The notes under the pieces were generated by a model, which ran no database searches, was not told where the DNA came from, and saw only the letters and a program-made list of their open reading frames with translations. Positions 18,093-26,388 of a stretch of 32,000 nucleotides of DNA are shown here, piece after piece; the first letter of the stretch is position 1; each line of letters starts with the position of its first letter. The position numbers and the translations under genes are program-made. This stretch comes from Breznakia blatticola (GTDB lineage Bacteria; Bacillota_I; Bacilli_A; Erysipelotrichales; Erysipelotrichaceae): the NCBI RefSeq assembly GCF_004365815.1, contig NZ_SODD01000011.1, forward strand, positions 1-32,000, written 5' to 3'.

Positions 18093-18902
18093 CTACTTCC
18101 TTTCCACAGGTATATAATTATGTGCTTCAATTAGTTTCTTTCCTTCTTCTGAGAAAATGAAATCAAATAATTCACTACCTTGTTTCTCTCCTTTTTTCTG
18201 TACAAGTAAGAAAGCACGTTGGATTTTATACGTTCCATCTTTTACACTTTCTTCACTTGGTAATACGCCATCAATTTTTAATACTTTTACACTATCCGAT
18301 AAGGATCCTAGTGAAATGTATCCAATTCCATGTTCATTAACAGACACATCACTAATAATGGAACCTGTTGCATTTTGAATGTCGGAATTACGAATTAAGT
18401 CACTTGATGAAAATCCAACAATGCTTTCAAAGCCATCGCGTGTTCCACTACCTTCTTCTCGTGAGACGACAGCGATTTCTTTATTTGCACCACCTATGTT
18501 TTTCCAATTGGTAATTTTACCAGTATAAATATCTTTTAGTTGTTCCATCGTGATGGAATCCACTGGATTATCTTTATGTACAACTACGACAATTCCATCT
18601 AAGGCAATGATCGTTTGATCAAGTTGCTTTGCTTCTTCAGGTTTTAATTCTCTTGAAACCATACCCAGTTGAAAGGTTCCATCTTCCGTTCCTTTTATCC
18701 CTACACTGGAACCTCCACCTTGGATACTTACTAAAGCATCGTTTTTCTCATTGTATGTTTCTGCGATACTTTCCATAAGTGGTTGTATTGACGTTGAACC
18801 GCCAATAATCATGGATGTTATCCCTTCACTTGTACTTCTTCCACCACATCCACTAATTACAAGAATGCAGCAAAGACTTAGTATTGTTCCTATCTTTTTC
18901 AT
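18093..18902 (-). CDS. pstS: phosphate-binding lipoprotein PstS
   Basis: I prefer ATG 18902 (MKKIGTIL...) because GGAGG lies upstream. The lipobox is VISG-C. PstS-type segments GGSTSIQP and EGSGTRDGF are present. Confidence 0.9.
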   Translation of the reverse strand: MKKIGTILSLCCILVISGCGGRSTSEGITSMIIGGSTSIQPLMESIAETYNEKNDALVSIQGGGSSVGIKGTEDGTFQLGMVSRELKPEEAKQLDQTIIALDGIVVVVHKDNPVDSITMEQLKDIYTGKITNWKNIGGANKEIAVVSREEGSGTRDGFESIVGFSSSDLIRNSDIQNATGSIISDVSVNEHGIGYISLGSLSDSVKVLKIDGVLPSEESVKDGTYKIQRAFLLVQKKGEKQGSELFDFIFSEEGKKLIEAHNYIPVERK

Positions 18903-18926
18903 CCAAACCTCCATCTTACATGTAAA

Positions 18927-18979
18927 TTATAAGTAAGAGATATGTTCTTATTGTTTACAAACTGTTAAGAAACGGTTAA
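18927..18979 (-). promoter_or_regulatory. pstS promoter: TATAAT -10 with Pho-box-like direct repeats in place of a -35
   Basis: The minus strand reads TTAACCgtttcTTAACAgtttgTAAACAataagAACATAtctcttactTATAAT. The hexamer starts are spaced 11, 10 and 11 nt. This resembles the B. subtilis PhoP site, TT(A/T/C)ACA repeats with about 5-nt spacers. Confidence 0.55.
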
Positions 18980-19043
18980 AAAGTTTTGGTATTTTGCTTT
19001 TTCATAGTTTGTATGTACAATGAAGATACAAAAAGGAGTAACT

Positions 19044-20183
19044 ATGACAAATATAATGGATTATCTTGCTTGGCGTGGTGATTTAACCTTCCAACAAGAT
19101 CCCTTCAATGAAATAGATGCACTGATACTTGCACGCTTATCGTATTTGCGTTTTGATCAAATGGTCGACTTTCAACTTGATAAAACAAAACCACTAGTGG
19201 ATGTTGCAGAAATGTATTTTAAGGTGCCTGTAGATCCTAAATCACTAAGTCCAACCGAATTTGAAGATCAACCATTCTTACAAGCTTTGGCAAAAAGTGT
19301 TCGATTCAAGGATCTTTTACTATCCGGTTATCGCAATCATATTGATCCCATACTCGAAAAACAGTTTGCTTGTATTACGATTCAACTGAGTAAAGATGTG
19401 TACTATATTTCCTATCGTGGAACTGATAATACGCTTGTTGGTTGGAAAGAAGATTTCAATATGACGTACTTAACTATCATCCCAGCACAACAAGATGCAC
19501 TTGCATATATTGAAGAAGTAAGTCAAACTTTACCTGGAAATTACTATCTTGGTGGACATTCTAAAGGTGGCAATTTAGCTATTTATGCGGGTATGTTTAC
19601 CAAAACAAATCTACAAAAGCAAATCCTTGGCATCTATAACTTTGATGGTCCTGGCTTTCAGAAAGATATCGCAAAACAATTTGCGAAAAAGCCACTTAGT
19701 AAAAACGTATATACATATGTTCCACAAGGTTCAATTATTGGTATGTTGATGTATCGCTATCTTCCTTATACGGTTGTTAGTAGCACAGAAAGAGGGATCA
19801 ACCAACATGATGTGTATAGTTGGCAAATTCTTGGGAAACAGTTCGTATATGAAAATTCACGCACTGAAGATAGTCATTTTATTGATCGCACCATTAAGAT
19901 ATGGATGGATCAAATTCAACCTAGTGACCGAAAGAAATTCATTGATTCAATGTTTGAACTCTTTGCCAGTGTTGGTACGGATACCGTTCATGAAATGAGC
20001 GAATCTTGGTTTAAGTCATTAGGTAGTATGCTAGATGCCTATTCCCACCTTGATAAAGAAACGCGCAAAGATATGGGAGATGTTACTTCGCTTTTGATGA
20101 GTACCATCTCAAAAAATATGAAGGATGTCCATCCATTAGATAAACTTCGTTTAAAAGTAAAAAATACCAAGCCTACAGAATAA
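19044..20183 (+). CDS. DUF2974 / Mbeg1-like alpha/beta-hydrolase (lipase-like)
   Basis: I prefer ATG 19044 (MTNIMDYLAWRGDL...) because AAAGGAG lies 5 nt upstream. Motifs are YISYRGTDNTLVGWKEDF and the nucleophile elbow LGGHSKGG. Confidence 0.8.
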   Translation: MTNIMDYLAWRGDLTFQQDPFNEIDALILARLSYLRFDQMVDFQLDKTKPLVDVAEMYFKVPVDPKSLSPTEFEDQPFLQALAKSVRFKDLLLSGYRNHIDPILEKQFACITIQLSKDVYYISYRGTDNTLVGWKEDFNMTYLTIIPAQQDALAYIEEVSQTLPGNYYLGGHSKGGNLAIYAGMFTKTNLQKQILGIYNFDGPGFQKDIAKQFAKKPLSKNVYTYVPQGSIIGMLMYRYLPYTVVSSTERGINQHDVYSWQILGKQFVYENSRTEDSHFIDRTIKIWMDQIQPSDRKKFIDSMFELFASVGTDTVHEMSESWFKSLGSMLDAYSHLDKETRKDMGDVTSLLMSTISKNMKDVHPLDKLRLKVKNTKPTE

Positions 20184-20204
20184 TCCTGTATGGCTTGGTA
20201 TTTT
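20161..20204. terminator. bidirectional terminator shared by the convergent DUF2974 and phoR genes
   Basis: AAAATACCAAGCCTACAG-aataat-CCTGTAtGGCTTGGTATTTT forms a stem of about 17 bp with one bulge. An A-run and a T-run flank it. It covers both stop codons. Confidence 0.75.
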
Positions 20205-21423
20205 AGTTTTTAATCCAAATTTGGAATGATGAACCTTTATCAACTTCACTTTCAATCACAAGTTGTGCATTATGGGCATCAAGTACAGACTTTACAATCG
20301 ATAATCCTAACCCACTACCACCAGAAACACGAGAGCGTGCCTTATCCGTACGATAGAACCGTTCAAAGATGCGTTCTTGGTCTTCTTTTGAAATTCCTCG
20401 ACCTTCATCTTTTACTTCAATTACATATGAATCCCCACGATATAGTGTAGATACTGTAATAACTCCATGATCACTATAAGTAATTGCATTGGATATTAAG
20501 TTATTGATAACGATTTGCATTTGTCCAGGATCCACAAAAATTGGTTCTTTGTTTTCATAATTCGTTTGAATTTGTAATCCTTTTTTATTTGCTTTATACG
20601 ATAAACTAGCAATACTTGCATCAATGATTTGTGTTACATCGCAAGATTCACGTTTCATTACAAGTTGTTCACTAGATAACCTTGATAACTGCAATAAATC
20701 ATATACGATTCGTTCCAGTCGACTATTTTCATATTCGATTTGTTCGAGGAAGTCTTTTCGTATTTCTTCATCATTAAATCCTTCTCGATTTAAAATTTCG
20801 ACCATTCCTTTAATCGCACTTATTGGTGTTTTTAATTCATGTGATGCATCCGCAATAAACTGCTTTTGCAGTGCTTCTTGACGCTTAATTTTTGTGATAT
20901 CTTGAAATACTATTACACAACCACTAAACTGATTGTTTTTAAATAGTGGTTCACTGTATGCTTCGTATTCTTTTTCATGCACGACAATTGTTTTTCGGAT
21001 TTCTCGTTCAAATAATGTCGCATCAAAAATGAAACGATATACAGGACGTTCAAAATCATTATGCACATATGTAAGTCGTCGTTGTTCTTTCGACTGACGA
21101 AACTCTGCAAAACTATCATTGAATAAAAGCACTTCCCCATTACGATCCAATAAAATTAATGGCATCGGCAAATTGGAAATTAATGCAGCAAGTTGTTCTT
21201 GTCGAATATCCGCTTGAAACGTCACATTTTGAATTTGCGTATGTAAACGTGCATTTTCTACTTTCTCAATACTTTCACGTTCTTTTGCTTCTTGATAGGA
21301 AAAGTATCCTGCTGTTATACCTAATAAAATAATGACCAAAAAGCTTGGTAGGTTGAACATATAGACACCAACCAAACCAAAGAAACAAAGTAAAAGAACT
21401 CTTTGATAGCGTTCTTTAATCAT
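20203..21423 (-). CDS. phoR: PAS-containing sensor histidine kinase, PhoR-like
   Basis: Two N-terminal TM segments have almost no external loop, followed by a PAS-like segment. The H-box is ASHELKTPIS and the HATPase segment is GGSGLGLSI. The symbol is inferred from pst adjacency and this architecture. Confidence 0.7.
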   Translation of the reverse strand: MIKERYQRVLLLCFFGLVGVYMFNLPSFLVIILLGITAGYFSYQEAKERESIEKVENARLHTQIQNVTFQADIRQEQLAALISNLPMPLILLDRNGEVLLFNDSFAEFRQSKEQRRLTYVHNDFERPVYRFIFDATLFEREIRKTIVVHEKEYEAYSEPLFKNNQFSGCVIVFQDITKIKRQEALQKQFIADASHELKTPISAIKGMVEILNREGFNDEEIRKDFLEQIEYENSRLERIVYDLLQLSRLSSEQLVMKRESCDVTQIIDASIASLSYKANKKGLQIQTNYENKEPIFVDPGQMQIVINNLISNAITYSDHGVITVSTLYRGDSYVIEVKDEGRGISKEDQERIFERFYRTDKARSRVSGGSGLGLSIVKSVLDAHNAQLVIESEVDKGSSFQIWIKN

Positions 21424-22085
21424 TCTTTTGCCTCAAGTATATACCCAACTCCGCGTGAAGAACGAATTTCAACAGGAGCATCTTTTAATTTTGAGCGCAG
21501 TTTGAATGTATGTACATCCACAATTCGCGTATCTCCATCATAATCAAACCCCCAGATATCATTTAAGATTTGATCACGTGATACAACAATATTTGCATTA
21601 CGAATAAAGTACGTAAGTAAATCATATTCTTTCTTTGTAAGTTGTAATAAGCTATCTTGCAAATACACTTTTCGTTTATTTTCATCTACACGTAAACCAG
21701 AGAATGTTTGTTCTTGTTTCGTGTTGTTTCGTTTTAAATGGGACTGTACACGCGCAAGTAATACACGTGGTGAAAATGGTTTGGTAATATAATCATCGAC
21801 TCCAGCTTCAAATGCATCTAAGATATTGGATTCTTCATCTTTTGCCGTAAGCATAATCATTACACCATCAAGCCCCTTTTCACGAAATTTTCTAACTAAA
21901 TCGATCCCCTCAATCTTTGGAATCATCCAATCTATTAAAAATACATCGTATGCTTGACTATAAGCTTTTTCTAAAGCAACTTTTCCATCACATGCTTCTT
22001 CAACTGCAAAGCCAGCAACTTTTAAATCATAAGTAATTAGTTTACGAATATTTGCTTCATCTTCAATCAATAGTATTTTTTTCAT
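21420..22085 (-). CDS. phoP: OmpR-family response regulator, PhoP-like
   Basis: The receiver is KILLIEDE...FLIDWMIP and the winged helix ends ...SSRGVGYIL. The stop overlaps the kinase start in an ATGA. Confidence 0.7.
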   Translation of the reverse strand: MKKILLIEDEANIRKLITYDLKVAGFAVEEACDGKVALEKAYSQAYDVFLIDWMIPKIEGIDLVRKFREKGLDGVMIMLTAKDEESNILDAFEAGVDDYITKPFSPRVLLARVQSHLKRNNTKQEQTFSGLRVDENKRKVYLQDSLLQLTKKEYDLLTYFIRNANIVVSRDQILNDIWGFDYDGDTRIVDVHTFKLRSKLKDAPVEIRSSRGVGYILEAKE

Positions 22086-22195
22086 AGTCCACCCTCATTT
22101 GTATTAATCATAAAACAAATGTGCACAATTGAAAAGGTAAGTTAACTAAAAATACAAAAGTTTACACAATCTTCATCTAGAATCCATCATTCCTA

Positions 22196-22216
22196 AACAA
22201 AAAGGGCACTTGCCCT
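22196..22216 (-). terminator. intrinsic terminator after the TetR/small-ORF operon
   Basis: On the minus strand, AGGGC-aagt-GCCCT is followed by TTTTTGTTT. Confidence 0.55.
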
Positions 22217-22233
22217 CATCGTTTATATATTTT

Positions 22234-22494
22234 CTATTTCATAAATGGAATTTTTTTACGAATTCCACCTCTAACAACACCAACAAGAACTTGCAGAATG
22301 TTTGCTACATCATCATGTGCATAACCAGTTTTATTTGCTATCCAACTTACCATATCAGCATCAACTTCTGGTTTGAATGGTCGCTTAATTTCTTTAGTAC
22401 AATATTCTTCATATGCATCTGCAATCTTTGTACATATTTCTTTATCTTTTCCTGTTTGTTTCATTACTTCATTAATTACATTCGTGTAGTTCAT
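22234..22494 (-). CDS. hypothetical 86-aa protein built from two copies of a helix-KTG-helix unit
   Basis: SD GAGGG is present. Residues 5-30 (NVINEVMKQTGKDKEICTKIADAYEE) and 48-75 (MVSWIANKTGYAHDDVANILQVLVGVV) align as an internal repeat. Each copy resembles the N-terminal two-helix part of HU/DUF2267-type proteins. Confidence 0.6.
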   Translation of the reverse strand: MNYTNVINEVMKQTGKDKEICTKIADAYEEYCTKEIKRPFKPEVDADMVSWIANKTGYAHDDVANILQVLVGVVRGGIRKKIPFMK

Positions 22495-22515
22495 TTTATT
22501 TACCCTCTACTTTCC

Positions 22516-22716
22516 TTAAAATCCGATCCATTCAAAGATATTTGTCTCTTTTTCATCTTTGAAATCGAATGTGTCTTTATCATCATCTGTCTCTTTAAAA
22601 CTTGTTTCTACATACTTTTGAATTGCTGGTTTATCTAAATTTCTTTCCACTACTTGTGATACTAACCCAATTCCTACTAACATGACACATGCCACAACTA
22701 ACTTATTTCTTTTCAT
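22516..22716 (-). CDS. hypothetical 66-aa single-pass membrane or secreted protein with acidic C-terminal tail
   Basis: I prefer ATG 22716 (MKRNKLVVACVMLVGIGLVSQVV...) because GAGGAGG lies 9 nt upstream. It has an N-terminal hydrophobic helix, and a D/E/K-rich tail ends in FEWIGF. Confidence 0.55.
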   Translation of the reverse strand: MKRNKLVVACVMLVGIGLVSQVVERNLDKPAIQKYVETSFKETDDDKDTFDFKDEKETNIFEWIGF

Positions 22717-22738
22717 ATACATTTCCTCCTCGCCTTTT

Positions 22739-23374
22739 CTAGGCCTTTATATGTTTGTTTATTGTTTCTATAACTTTGGTTTTACTAGTTTTTTGCTCAT
22801 TAACTACAAGCATCTGAAAGATTGCATTTACAACACTTTCTATTTGTATTTCAATTGTAGATCCTTGAATATGACTCAAATCAAATAGTGTTTGAATTCC
22901 TGCAATTAGAAATTGAATATCTTCTAATGGTTGCTTAGATATAAACTCACCATTTGCATTTCCTTCTTCAATAATTTGCGCATAGATTGGACAAATTACT
23001 TCAATAGTTCTTTGCAATGTTCTTTGTTTCATCAGTGCATTGTTTGCTTCATAAAGTTGTTCAATCATTACTTTCTTATTGTCTGTTTTTGGTTTACTGA
23101 AGATACATTGCAGCAATTTATCCATTGCACCTAGCTCTTGTTTATCCATAATGGTTGTTGCTGTTTGTAAGTCTTCATCAATAAATCGCATAATTACTGC
23201 ATCCATAACTTCTTCTTTTGATTGAAAATAATAATAGAAGGTTCCTTTTGCAATTCCAACTTCTTTTAGAATGGCATTTACGGTTGTATCTTCATATCCC
23301 TTACTTGTGAATAGTGCTTCAGCAGTATCAAGTATTTCATTTCGTTTGATATCGAATTCTTGTGTGTTTGACAT
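22739..23374 (-). CDS. TetR/AcrR-family transcriptional regulator
   Basis: I prefer ATG 23374 (MSNTQEFDIK...) because AAAGGAGAAGG lies upstream. The HTH is TTVNAILKEVGIAKGTFYYYFQSKEE. Confidence 0.88.
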   Translation of the reverse strand: MSNTQEFDIKRNEILDTAEALFTSKGYEDTTVNAILKEVGIAKGTFYYYFQSKEEVMDAVIMRFIDEDLQTATTIMDKQELGAMDKLLQCIFSKPKTDNKKVMIEQLYEANNALMKQRTLQRTIEVICPIYAQIIEEGNANGEFISKQPLEDIQFLIAGIQTLFDLSHIQGSTIEIQIESVVNAIFQMLVVNEQKTSKTKVIETINKHIKA

Positions 23375-23390
23375 GTCCTTCTCCTTTGTC

Positions 23391-23439
23391 GACCGCCGGT
23401 CTATATGCATATATTACTCGACCAACGGTCGAATATCAA
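23391..23439 (-). promoter_or_regulatory. tetR promoter with two operator-like palindromes
   Basis: The minus strand reads TTGATA-N17-TAATAT. The 17-nt spacer is occupied by TCGACC-gtt-GGTCGA (23418-23432). A second copy, GACCGgCGGTC (23391-23401), lies between the -10 and the SD. Both are GC-rich islands in AT-rich DNA. Confidence 0.6.
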
Positions 23440-23489
23440 CAATTTCTTTATAATTTTTTTATTTTTTATGCTTTGATTCTTTTTTGACG

Positions 23490-23513
23490 TTAAAAAAAGG
23501 GCCTTTCGCCCTT
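23490..23513 (-). terminator. intrinsic terminator of mgtA
   Basis: AAGGGC-gaaag-GCCCTT is followed by TTTTTTT on the minus strand. The stem overlaps the mgtA TAA. Confidence 0.7.
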
Positions 23514-26214
23514 AGAGTAATTCTCCATATTTTCTGATATAAATCTTTTTCATAATGCTTACACCAACAAAGTATAAGAACATTAAACCAAACATCCATG
23601 CAAAGTAAATAACTGGTAATCCAGTCAATTCAAAGTAACTTGCAAGTGGTGTGTATGGCAGTGCAATAATGAATAGCACAGAGATTGTTGTAAGGCTCAT
23701 AAGTATTGCCGATGGTCGTGATTGAATAAATGGTATTTTACTTGTACGCATCAACCAAATCACAAAGGTTTGTGTACACATAGATTCAATTAACCAACCG
23801 GTTTGGAATACAGCAACATATAAAAGTTGCATTGATGGATCACTTATTTGATGATACATCAATCCATTACATACCATTGGACAAATCACAAAGTAAAGTA
23901 ATATATATGTAAGAATATCGAAGATGGAACTAATCGGTCCAAAGTATTTCATAAAGCTAGAAATGCCATCTGCTTGCCAACGTCTTGGTTTTAATAAGTA
24001 TTCTGGATCCATGTGATCCCATGGAATTGCTGTACAGGATAAATCATACACCAAATTAAGTAGGATTAATTGCACTGGATCCATCGGTAGAAATGGTAAG
24101 AAGGCACTTGCTATTAATACAGAGAACATATTTCCAAAATTAGAGCTCGCTGTAATTTTGACATACTTCATCATGTTTCCATAGGTCTTTCTTCCTTCAA
24201 GAATACCTTTTTCTAATACCATTAAATCCTTTTCTAATAAAATGATATCTGCACTTTCTTTTGCAATATCTACTGCTGTATCTACTGAAATTCCAATATC
24301 TGCTTGATTCATTGCAAGTGCATCATTGATTCCATCTCCCATAAAGCCAACTGCATGTCCTTTTTCTTTCATAAGACGAACTAGACGTGATTTTTGTTGG
24401 GGAGATAGCTTTGCATAGATATCAACCGTATCCACTTTATCTTTAATTTGTTCATCACTCATATTTTCTAAATCACTACCCAGTAAGATATCTTGTACAT
24501 CCATACCTACTTGTTTACAGATTGCTTGTGTCACCACATCATTATCACCAGTTAAGACCTTTACATTCACTCCATAATAATGTAAGGCTTCAATGGCAGC
24601 TTTCATTGTCGGTTTTGGTGGATCAAGAAATGCTAAATAACCAATCAGTACCATCTCTTGTTCATCCTGCACACCAAAGGCATCAACGTCTTTTGGATTT
24701 GTTTTTTGTGCAACTGCAATTACACGCATTCCTTCTTTGTTGAGTCGATCTACTACTTGAACAACACGGTCTTTCATGTCTTCATGTAATTTCATGACTT
24801 GTCCATCAAGCTCTACATATGTACAAATATGTAAGATTTCTTCTACTGCTCCTTTTGTGATCAATTGTACTTTTCCTTGATGATCTTTTACAACAACACT
24901 CATACGTCTTCGATTAAAATCAAATGGAATTTCATCAACTTTTTCATAGCGATCGACAATATCTTCAAACATTTCTTTTTCTTGTGTTTTATTAATGATC
25001 GCGATATCGATAAAGTTCTTCAATCCAGTTTGATAGTAACTATTTAAAAATCCATGACGTAACACACGATCATCTTCATTTCCATTAACATCTAAGTTAT
25101 ATTGCAATACAACTTTATCTTGGGTAATTGTTCCTGTTTTGTCTGTACAAAGAATATCCATTGCTCCAAAGTTTTGTATTGAATTTACATTTTTCACAAT
25201 TACCTTTTGTTTGGACATTTGATATGCACCTTTTGCTAAACAGGTTGTGGTAATCATTGGCAGCATTTCTGGAGTTAATCCTACTGCAATGGAAATCGCA
25301 AACATTAATGCATGAACAAAGTCACCTTTGCTAAATCCATTAATGAAGAAAACAATCGGTACCATGGCAAGCATGAAACGAATAAGTATCCATGATACAT
25401 GGTTCATTCCTTTTTCAAAGCTTGTTTCTTCTTTTTCCTGTATTTCCTGGGAAATAGATCCAATAAGTGTTTCATCTCCCACAGCAACCACAATACCAAT
25501 AGCTGAACCTGATACAACATCACTTCCCATAAATACGAGATTCTCATATTCAATGGTTGGTTTATCATCTTGTTCATGATCAGCAAACTTTTCAACTGGA
25601 GCACTTTCACCAGTTAAACTACTTTGTTGGATAAATAAGTCTTTGGTTTGGAAAAGTCGCATATCTGCTGGAATCATATCGCCAGCTGCTAAATACACAA
25701 TATCACCAACAACAATTTCATTAATTGGTACTTCTGTTGCAACTTTTCCTTTACGCTTAACTCGCGTTGTATTCTCAATCATTTCGTTGAGTTTTTCTGC
25801 TGCTTTACTACTACGATTTTCTTGGATAAATCGTAACAAGCCACTACTAATTACCATAATGGAAATGATAATGATGGTTGTCCAATCCTGTTTTTTATCT
25901 GGCATTAACACAACATCTGTGAAATACGAGATCACAACTAAAATAATCAAAATCAAACTAAATGGATTGATAAATGCATCAAACAAGCGTTTCCATACAT
26001 TATCGGGTTGTTTACTAGTCAGTACATTTTCTCCAAACATTTCCATTTGTTCTTCTACATGTGTTTCATCAAATCCATCCATACTACTATCAAGCATATC
26101 TAGCAAATTCATAATGGGTAATTTTGCTGCTTGTTTTAGTCTAGCTTTTAAAGCCTTTGCTTTTTTTACTTCTGCTTTTTTTGCTTCTTCTTTACGTTTT
26201 TTAAATACAGTCAT
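23512..26214 (-). CDS. mgtA: magnesium-translocating P-type ATPase
   Basis: 900 aa. Motifs include TGES, CTDKTGTIT (phospho-Asp), LTGDN and MGDGINDA. An MgtA-type 10-TM layout and an upstream M-box support the call. Confidence 0.93.
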   Translation of the reverse strand: MTVFKKRKEEAKKAEVKKAKALKARLKQAAKLPIMNLLDMLDSSMDGFDETHVEEQMEMFGENVLTSKQPDNVWKRLFDAFINPFSLILIILVVISYFTDVVLMPDKKQDWTTIIIISIMVISSGLLRFIQENRSSKAAEKLNEMIENTTRVKRKGKVATEVPINEIVVGDIVYLAAGDMIPADMRLFQTKDLFIQQSSLTGESAPVEKFADHEQDDKPTIEYENLVFMGSDVVSGSAIGIVVAVGDETLIGSISQEIQEKEETSFEKGMNHVSWILIRFMLAMVPIVFFINGFSKGDFVHALMFAISIAVGLTPEMLPMITTTCLAKGAYQMSKQKVIVKNVNSIQNFGAMDILCTDKTGTITQDKVVLQYNLDVNGNEDDRVLRHGFLNSYYQTGLKNFIDIAIINKTQEKEMFEDIVDRYEKVDEIPFDFNRRRMSVVVKDHQGKVQLITKGAVEEILHICTYVELDGQVMKLHEDMKDRVVQVVDRLNKEGMRVIAVAQKTNPKDVDAFGVQDEQEMVLIGYLAFLDPPKPTMKAAIEALHYYGVNVKVLTGDNDVVTQAICKQVGMDVQDILLGSDLENMSDEQIKDKVDTVDIYAKLSPQQKSRLVRLMKEKGHAVGFMGDGINDALAMNQADIGISVDTAVDIAKESADIILLEKDLMVLEKGILEGRKTYGNMMKYVKITASSNFGNMFSVLIASAFLPFLPMDPVQLILLNLVYDLSCTAIPWDHMDPEYLLKPRRWQADGISSFMKYFGPISSIFDILTYILLYFVICPMVCNGLMYHQISDPSMQLLYVAVFQTGWLIESMCTQTFVIWLMRTSKIPFIQSRPSAILMSLTTISVLFIIALPYTPLASYFELTGLPVIYFAWMFGLMFLYFVGVSIMKKIYIRKYGELL

Positions 26215-26236
26215 CTAGTTACCTCCCTTGGGATGG

Positions 26237-26317
26237 CTACAACAAGTGACTGTAATCGTCACATGTTATACCATGCCATATATCTTGTATTTGCCTCTGC
26301 TTTGGTCCTTCGTCCAT
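26237..26317 (-). CDS. candidate 26-codon leader ORF between the M-box terminator and mgtA
   Basis: AAAGGAG lies 8 nt before the ATG at 26317. Translation is MDEGPKQRQIQDIWHGITCDDYSHLL*. The TAG lies 22 nt before the mgtA ATG. No homology evidence is available. Confidence 0.3.
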   Translation of the reverse strand: MDEGPKQRQIQDIWHGITCDDYSHLL

Positions 26318-26340
26318 GTGACTCACTCCTTTCAAACATA

Positions 26341-26368
26341 GAAAAAGCCGCTCTCAAAAGAAAACGGC
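26341..26368 (-). terminator. M-box expression-platform terminator
   Basis: GCCGTTTTC-tttt-GAGAGCGGC (9 bp including 2 G-U pairs) is followed by TTTTTC. The left arm CCGTTT can alternatively pair with AAACGG at the 3' end of the aptamer. Confidence 0.7.
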
Positions 26369-26388
26369 ATTAAAAAACTATGACATTT

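Noticed and set aside
22086-22195. Possible Pho boxes upstream of phoP (TTAACT-N5-TTTCAA)
   Set aside because: There are only two weak hexamers with poor matches. That is not enough to claim autoregulation.
22210-22638. 142-aa plus-strand ORF covering the two small minus-strand genes
   Set aside because: It starts on a non-ATG codon without an SD. Its composition (F/I/C/N/Y-rich, low complexity) is typical of the antisense frame of real genes in AT-rich DNA. The minus-strand ORFs have SDs, normal composition and a terminator.
25643-26218. 191-aa plus-strand ORF
   Set aside because: It is antisense to the N-terminal part of mgtA. It is S/I-rich and low complexity.
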